NCBI GenBank assembly: GCA_964019335.1
Contig: OZ025659.1
Span: 620,001-684,000, forward strand
Reading direction: 5' to 3'
DNA from: Diplonema japonicum
Taxonomy: Eukaryota > Protista > Euglenozoa: Diplonemea
DNA: 64,000 nt
Of this stretch, positions 57,102 through 64,000 are shown one piece after another. Within the stretch, counting starts at the first letter, position 1; every line of letters starts with the position of its first letter. The notes under the pieces were generated by a model. That model made no database searches. It had not been told where the DNA came from and was given only the letters and a program-made list of their open reading frames with translations. Made by a program: the position numbers and the translations under genes.

Positions 57102-58855
57102 ATGGCGACTAGGAAAGTACTATCAGCCCTTAAGGCGGTAAGAAGCACTAGCGCAAGCAAACTTGTGAACATTGAAACGGGGCCGCACACGGATGTGTTG
57201 GTGTTGGGGTGCGGGATTGCGGGGTGCACGGTGGCACTGAAGGCTGCGCGGCAGGGGCTGAAGGTCACGATGCTGACGGCGTCTGAGGACCCGCACGACT
57301 GCAACAGCTACTGGGCGCAAGGGGGGATCATCTACAGGGCACAGGACGACACACCGGAACTGCTAGCAAAGGACGTGAGGTCTGCAGGGGCAGGGATGTG
57401 TGTGGAGGATGCAGTGACAATGCTTGCCGAGGACGGCCCCCGCAGGGTGGAGGAGATTCTCATCGACGAAGCGCAGGTACCCTTTGACAGGGACGAGGAC
57501 AACGAGCTGGCATTGTGCTTGGAGGCAAACCACAACAGGCCCAGGATCATCCACTTTAAAGACCAGACAGGTGCTGCCATCACAGAGTCCATGCTGGCAA
57601 CAACCACTGCACACGAAGGCGTCACACTCGTGAAGTCCGCCATCGCCGTTGACTTGCTGAAGCACAACGACCACTGTGTGGGTGCTGTTGTCATGGACGA
57701 TATATCGGGCGCCACCTTCTCCATCCCCTCGAAAGTTACTGTCCTCGCCACGGGAGGTCTCGGTGACCTGTATGAGCACACGTCCAACCCCGAGACCGCC
57801 AGGGGCGATGGCTTCGCCATGGCCTCCCGTGCCGGGGCTGAACTGCAAAACATGGAATTCGTGCAGTTCCACCCCACCACACTTTACATCCCTGGCGAGA
57901 GAAGGTTCCTCCTCACGGAAGCCCTGCGTGGCATTGGTGCCAGGCTCATCGACAAGACGGGCCGTGCCTTTGCGGAGGAGTACCACCCCGACGGGGAGCT
58001 TGCCTGCAGGGACATCGTGTCGAGGATGATCACCTCAGAGATGTTCAAGCAGAACGAGCCGTGTATGTACCTCGACTGCACTGCCAAGGGGAAGGAGTAC
58101 CTGTACGAGAGGTTCCCTGCCATCAGCCAGCACTGCATCACGAAGGGGTTCGACATCGCGAAGGACCCGCTCCCAGTTGTCCCCGCTGCGCACTGTATGG
58201 ATTTCCAAAAGAAAAAAAAAAAGAAAAAATCCAACAGATTTCTGCGGTGGTGTGAAGACGGATCTGGAGGGAAGGACGACTCTGTCAGGGCTGTATGCCG
58301 CTGGGGAGGTACTTACCAAAAAAAAAAAGGAAAAAATCCTTCAGGTTGCGTGCACTGGGCTGCACGGTGCCAACAGGCTGGCGTCGACCTCGCTCCTTGA
58401 GGGCCTTGTGTGGGGTGCGGCCATCGTGGATAACCTTTCCATGGGTGCAGGGGCAAAGAGAGCTGCGCCTCCGGCAGATGCTGCGGCCTATGCCTTCGAG
58501 GAATTCGAGAAGGCAAGGGGGTCTCAGAACGGGGAAGTGAACGAGGCGCAAGTCACTGAGCTTTTCACCGACCTGAGGAAAGTCATGTGGGACAAGGTGG
58601 GCGTGGAAAGGACGCCTGAGAAACTTAAGGAGGCGGTATGGAGGGAGGGGAAAAAAAAAAAAAAAAAAAAACGTACAGAAGAGCGACCTCACTAAGATCC
58701 AGTCTAAAGTGGAGGAAATCTACAATGGCACCAACCTCAGCAACACCACCATTGGCGTGCGGAATGCGTGCGACACAGCGTCCCTCGTAACTGCGGCTGC
58801 TTTTGGGAACCCCGAGTCTGTGGGAACCCATTACATGAAAGCGGGGAGTGCTTGA
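57102..58855 (+). CDS. nadB: L-aspartate oxidase; introns 58195..58237, 58309..58344, 58636..58678
   Basis: [43 protein letters not shown]. Splicing restores PAAHYFCGGV, AGE|[20 protein letters not shown] and ESVGTHY. Confidence 0.93.
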
Positions 58856-59614
58856 ATATAAAAAAAAAAAAGAAAAATACCTCTCTTCCCATCATTTTTT
58901 TTATCATTTCTTTGAACAAAAAAGAATTGTCTCCGTCCGTCTTTTTTTTTTCTTTTTTTTTTTTTCGTAGTCAGTCCCTGCCCACATAGAAAGAAGAGAT
59001 GCAGAGAAAATGGAAAAATAAAAAAGAAGAAACCACCCCCCCCCAAAAAAAACACATAGCCCAGCAACATATTAATTTTTTTTCACACAAAGTTTTTTTT
59101 CCCCATTCCCCCCCCCTCCCCCTTTTTTTTGATCTTCCGAATTTCTAAGAGAGGAGGGACCCCCTAGTACCATAGTTAGGGAAAGGATCCTTGTTTCTTT
59201 ATGGGGAGGAAATTTTAAAAAAGAAAAAAAAGTGGGGGGGGAAACAAAGTGTGTGTTTGGTCTTTTTTTTTCTGGAGAAAAAAACCCCGTCCATTTTTTT
59301 GTATGTTGCCTTCATCACGTTGTTCCATTTTGCTGATAGCCTCGGTCTTGCCCTTTGAGGATGTAACTGCAGGGTTAAAAATACATCAGCAATGTCACTG
59401 CCACCTACGGCAACCTCATGTGCCTCGTTGACGCACTCGAGGGCTGCGAAGATGTCTTTTGTTCCCGTGTTTTTGGATTTCTACTGGTGTCAAGAGGAGG
59501 AGACATCAACACGCGACAGCACGCTCGAAGTTTGTTCCCGTGTTTTTTTTGCGTTAGGCGATGACGCCAAGAGAATTTTCAAGTTAAGGGGAACCCTGCT
59601 GACTCCATTTCAAA

Positions 59615-59652
<38 letters not shown>

Positions 59653-59731
59653 CCTTTTTGCCATTTATATATATACTTTTTCTTTTTCATTACACGTTTT
59701 TCGTCCTATCTCCCGTTCGTTCTTCTCTTGG

Positions 59732-60038
59732 CAGGGCCTCTTTTTGGCTATGACCAAGAAAAGAGAAAAAAGAAAAGAAAAAAAGAAAGGTAGTATACGC
59801 ACTGAAATGGTGCGCCTTTCTTTTCTTTTTTTTTTTAAATTTTTCTATTTTTTTTTTCCCCCTCTTTCTATTCAAAGTCAGGGCCTCTTTTTGGCTATGA
59901 CTTCCTACAATGTTCGTGTGATGGCTTTTTTGAGTAAAACGAGGGGGGGGAAAATAGAGGGAGAAAAGTCCTTCTTCAATTCCCCCCCCCCCCCCCTCCC
60001 TTCTTACTCTTTGTAACCAGGGCCTCTTTTTGGCTATG
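59732..60038 (+). repeat. Three spaced copies of a 21-bp motif
   Basis: CAGGGCCTCTTTTTGGCTATG at 59732, 59879 and 60018. Confidence 0.9.
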
Positions 60039-60794
60039 GTTTCTCTCCTGGGACTCGTTACGGCCGATCAAAAAAATGAAAAAGTGAAATATCCCCCCCC
60101 CCCCTTTTTTTCCCGTTCCGTAAAGGGAGGCCTCAATTTCGTGGTTTCGTTTCCATTTTCTTCTACTTCACATGCATTTACAATTACAGCCCCTCCCTCC
60201 CCCATTCCCCTCCTTTTTTTTCTCTCTGCTGGTGGAGGTGTCTGTGTTTGTTTATTTTTACCCTTTTTTTTTTGAAAGGAGAGAGGGAAAGAAAAACCTC
60301 GCTTGTTCTTTCCTTTTTTTCTTAGGGGGGGTTTTTTTTGTTCTGCTGATGATTTTCTTCTTCTTTTTCCCTCCCCCCCCCTTCACCTGCTTTTTTTTGT
60401 GTGGGCCGTTGCTAACCACTTCGTTTCCTATCATAGTGCATTTCTTTTTCATTCTTTCTTATTTTCTATTACCATTTTTTTTTTGACGAATGCAAAAAAA
60501 AGAGAAAAAAAGAAAAAAAAAGGGGAAGAGAGAAAGTTTTATCAAAAAAAAAGAGAAAGCCGTGGTGGGAGGAAGAAAGAAACATGTAAAAAGGAAAAAA
60601 AAAAAAAAAAAAAAAAAGAGAGTGAGAGAGAGGGGAAAAAAAAAAAAAAAGGTGACACCGAGGATGTAATAGTAATCTCCTCAGGCGCAAAAAAGCCTTT
60701 AAAAGGGTGCCATTTTTAAAGTCTTTTTTCTTTCTTTCTTTTTTTTTTTTTTTTTTATAAAGAAAATCTTGTCCTACTATCACCCAGAAATGCT

Positions 60795-61427
60795 ATGAAG
60801 GCAAATCTAAACACGAAGAAAAACAGAGAGGCATGCTGCACATGGTACAGAGCCCGGGTCAGAGCTGGACTCGTTGGTGCACTCCGACAAAATGAAATCG
60901 AAGCTGCAGGCTTTACAGTCGACGAGTTGCTGAAAGCACTGAAAGAAGCAGGACAGCTTGAAGGCCGTGAGTCATCTGTGGGTGTACAGAAAGAAGCCTT
61001 TGCCGCAATGCTGAAGGGCGACACACATATGTGTGTGTGCCCTGTCTGTAGAGAGAACACGTTAAGTATTCACAACAAAGTGGTGCTCTGTAAGTGTGGC
61101 GTCACTCTACCATTGTCCAGCACAGTACTCTCTTCAGAAACCCTTTGCGAAAATATTAAATGGGCTCATCTTGCCCATGAGGCAAGCTGTACGGAGGAAC
61201 CTATATATCGTACCTCGTGTCTCCCAATGCCGCCCCTTCCAAGGGCTGACGAAAGAATCTTGCAGCAAATGCAAAACATCGACTCGGAAAGCACACAGGG
61301 GGTCACTGATGTGAGGGCGCTGCTTAACAACCCCAACGAGGCCCTCGCCGACACCCTTGCAACAGGAGAAGAAAGATTTCTCGTGATGTCGTGTAACACT
61401 TGCGACGCCTGCAGGGTTGTCATATGA
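60795..61427 (+). CDS. RPA-interacting protein (RIP/RPAIN) C-terminal Zn-finger-like protein
   Basis: CPVC..L..CKCG..H..SC..P..LVMSCNTCD..VI at the C-terminus. Confidence 0.65.
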   Translation: MKANLNTKKNREACCTWYRARVRAGLVGALRQNEIEAAGFTVDELLKALKEAGQLEGRESSVGVQKEAFAAMLKGDTHMCVCPVCRENTLSIHNKVVLCKCGVTLPLSSTVLSSETLCENIKWAHLAHEASCTEEPIYRTSCLPMPPLPRADERILQQMQNIDSESTQGVTDVRALLNNPNEALADTLATGEERFLVMSCNTCDACRVVI

Positions 61428-61557
61428 TCTTTTTTTTTTTTTTTTTTTTTTAAATTCATTCTTGAACACAAAAAAAAAGAAAGAAACCAATACATCAAAA
61501 GGGAGCGATCCTGTTGGGTGGTGAACGGGCGGGGGGAGGTGGGGGAAAAAAAAGAAA

Positions 61558-62751
61558 ATGTCATTCGAAATAGCCTGGCCCGCCCGGTGGGCCCCTGACA
61601 CCGAGGCCACTATCTGCGACAGGATGAACAAAGCTCTGAGCGAGGCCAAGGTGGACCCCTCCCTCATCAGGGGCAAGTTCGAGGTGAAGGGAGTGTCCCT
61701 AGGCAGCATCGCACCCCATGTCATGCTCATGGGCGTGGAGTCGGCTTCGATGGAACGTGCAGGCGTGCAACTGTGCTTCCAATACTGCGGGAACACCGAC
61801 GCAGGATTCAACATCACAATAGGCGGGGCGAATGTAGGACTGACGGGAGCGGAGGGGGACGGGGATACATTCACACAGTCAAAACTGTGGTACCCCTTCG
61901 AGGCCACGCTGTATAATATCAGGATAAAAAGCTCTGTGAAATTGGAAGGGGTGCACCAGCGAGGGGTGCAACGGTACTTCCACAAGCCTCCGCCTGCATC
62001 GGCTTTGCAGGAACTGCAGTTGGGGAGGCTTCGTGCGGCAAGGGCACCAACATCACATCCTCTCACACCGCCCCCTCCGGTGGTTGTCCCACCACCATCT
62101 TCGTCACCACCGTTGACTAAATCACTGTTGCGAGAAGTGGAAGGAAAGCCTGTTAGTAAACAAAGTTCGACGAGATCCACAGCACAGTCTAAAGGAGCGG
62201 GTTTTGGGTTGGCGTACGCGTCTCGGAGGGTGCATTACCCTAAATGGCCGCGGGGCGATATGGCGGGAAGAAGCACTAGCGGCACTGCGATGGTGACACC
62301 CAGCCTTGCCCCGTTGACACCCGGTGTGTCTCTTATTGCGAAAGGTTCTGGGTTGCGGTCCATTCCTTCGCTGCTCTCATTGGAAGGCGGTAGTTATTCT
62401 ACGCTCAACGCACCGTCTTCGCCTACAACTTCGATTGCTACAAATGAACATAAGTCGCCTGAAAGACGTGTATCAGGTTCCTGTGTCAGCTCCTCGTTGC
62501 AGGATAAGAAGAGCATTGAGCTACGCGTCACCTTTCGAGGCACTCCTGAGATTGACTTTTCTCTTCGCACTAATTTCTTCTCTCTTAAGGGTGCGGACGA
62601 CCAGATTCGCGCCATCCTTAAGTCGCTTTTGAAGCCAAAGCTCGAGATGCTTGCGAAGGGCATCGTCGTGCACTTGCCCGACGGGCAGGTCGAGTTCGGT
62701 CCCCCTGCAGTGCCCCATGCGCCGGAGTCCCACAGTGACCTGCATATTTAA
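61558..62751 (+). CDS. SMP-domain protein, Mdm34/Mdm12 (ERMES)-like
   Basis: MSFEIAW..NKAL..VSLGSIAPHV..FQYCG start and TFRGTP..TNF..DQIRAIL end, with a low-complexity insert. Confidence 0.6.
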   Translation: MSFEIAWPARWAPDTEATICDRMNKALSEAKVDPSLIRGKFEVKGVSLGSIAPHVMLMGVESASMERAGVQLCFQYCGNTDAGFNITIGGANVGLTGAEGDGDTFTQSKLWYPFEATLYNIRIKSSVKLEGVHQRGVQRYFHKPPPASALQELQLGRLRAARAPTSHPLTPPPPVVVPPPSSSPPLTKSLLREVEGKPVSKQSSTRSTAQSKGAGFGLAYASRRVHYPKWPRGDMAGRSTSGTAMVTPSLAPLTPGVSLIAKGSGLRSIPSLLSLEGGSYSTLNAPSSPTTSIATNEHKSPERRVSGSCVSSSLQDKKSIELRVTFRGTPEIDFSLRTNFFSLKGADDQIRAILKSLLKPKLEMLAKGIVVHLPDGQVEFGPPAVPHAPESHSDLHI

Positions 62752-62997
62752 GCTGAGACTTTTATGATAGATTTTGATAAGTTTTTGTTCTCTATTTTAT
62801 GTTTTTTTTTTTTTGTTTTGTTAAGTCTATGAACCCCCCTCTCCGATGGCCCGTCTCGATCCTCACCTTGGCATCTAGACACTCAGAAAATGGTGATTTT
62901 AGATGTGGCCTAGATGTTTGTCGGAAATACGTGTTTGAGGGGGGAGGAAAAAAAAACAAAAAAACCAAAAAATAAAAAAAAAGGGTAACAAAAAAAA

Positions 62998-63999
62998 ATG
63001 TCGGTGTTCCACAAGCTCCGCCCGCAGTGGCAGCAGACGATGCTTAGGATCGCATCGCCGGAGGCGACGATCAAGTACTACAAAGAGCACTTCGGGTGCA
63101 CGCTGCTGGACGAGATTCACTTCCCGAAGATGAACTTCAGCCTGTACTTCATGGCAACGCTACCAGGAGGGGTCGACTACAACCTGAAGCCGGGGACGAA
63201 AGAAGCACATGACTATGTGTGGAACTTCAAGGGCGTGACGCTGGAGTTCACCCACAACCACCCTGCAGAGGGGGCAGAGCCGTTCAAGGCGAACAATGGA
63301 AACGTGGAGCCGCACAGGGGGTTCGGGCACATCGCAATGCTGTGCAACGACGTGTACAAAACATGTGAAGACCTAGAGGCGAAAGGGGTGGGCTTCCAAA
63401 AAAAGCCTGACGAGGGAAGAATGAAGGGTCTGGCGTTCTGTCTGGACCCTGATGGTTACTGGATCGAGTTGGTGAAAAGGTCGGAAAAGCACAACCTGAA
63501 GACGGACTACAACCTCGCACAGACTATGATCCGAGTTAAGGATGGGAAGGCCTCCGCTACATTCTACGAAAAGTATTTCGGGATGACCCTTATCCGTGCC
63601 TCTCACTACCCGGAAGCTAAATTCAGCAACTATTTCATGGCTCAGCTTGATGACGAACAAAAGAAAACGATGCCCGACCCGTCGTCCCCAGAGGCAAAAG
63701 ACTTCCTCATGTCGCTTCACGACCCTATCCTCGAACTCACTCACAACCATGGGACTGAGACCCAAGAGGGGCCTGTGTACCACACTGGGAACACCGACCC
63801 CAAGGGGTTCGGCCACATAGGGTTCCTTGTGGACAACATTAAGGAATTCTGCGCAGCCTTGGAGGCAGATGGTGTTGCCTTCCAGAAGAGGCTTGACGAG
63901 GGCAGCATGAACATGCTCGCGTTCGCCAAGGACCCCACCGGGTACTGGATCGAGGTCGTTGAGAGGGGAATGGTCATCCCGGAAAAATTCCTTGAGTAA
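62998..63999 (+). CDS. GLO1: Glyoxalase I (lactoylglutathione lyase), fused two-domain type
   Basis: Duplicated QTM.R / LE.THNH / GFGHI / DP.GYWIE motifs. Confidence 0.95.
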   Translation: MSVFHKLRPQWQQTMLRIASPEATIKYYKEHFGCTLLDEIHFPKMNFSLYFMATLPGGVDYNLKPGTKEAHDYVWNFKGVTLEFTHNHPAEGAEPFKANNGNVEPHRGFGHIAMLCNDVYKTCEDLEAKGVGFQKKPDEGRMKGLAFCLDPDGYWIELVKRSEKHNLKTDYNLAQTMIRVKDGKASATFYEKYFGMTLIRASHYPEAKFSNYFMAQLDDEQKKTMPDPSSPEAKDFLMSLHDPILELTHNHGTETQEGPVYHTGNTDPKGFGHIGFLVDNIKEFCAALEADGVAFQKRLDEGSMNMLAFAKDPTGYWIEVVERGMVIPEKFLE

Positions 64000-64000
64000 G

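Noticed and set aside
58177-58695. Frameshifted/pseudogenised nadB, or programmed frameshifting at A-tracts (also cyclophilin)
   Set aside because: Canonical GT-AG introns restore the conserved motifs exactly.
59732-60038. CRISPR-like array
   Set aside because: Only three repeats, ~120-nt low-complexity spacers, eukaryotic context and no cas genes.

Overview
Eukaryotic (protist) genomic DNA. About 28 protein-coding genes all lie head-to-tail on the + strand, separated by homopolymer-rich (A/T/C/G tract) spacers. Many are interrupted by tiny (32-77 nt) GT-AG introns that often carry an A-tract instead of a polypyrimidine tract. This fits a euglenozoan, most plausibly a diplonemid (inference; not provable from the sequence). 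Recognisable genes: USP deubiquitinase, ISD11/LYRM4, gamma-butyrobetaine dioxygenase-like, Kelch-MAP3K, PPR-like, MORN/EF-hand, a Maelstrom-domain protein retaining DnaQ catalytic residues, GH5 endoglycoceramidase, cyclophilin, an F-box/multi-TM protein, L-aspartate oxidase, RPA-interacting-like Zn finger, Mdm34-like SMP protein and glyoxalase I. The main uncharacterised system is a locally expanded family of secreted Cys-rich proteins (6 intact copies plus 1 pseudogene). They have a variable N-terminal module, a conserved core, patchwork identity suggesting gene conversion, and a shared downstream 44-bp hairpin. Other notable items are 5'-truncated LINE-like copies embedded in T-tracts (one in a kinase intron, which creates a false fusion ORF), a TAA-flanked TIR element in an intron carrying two tRNA-like Pol III cassettes, and many nested-hairpin islands in intergenic DNA. 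All intron calls were made by eye; no searches were run.
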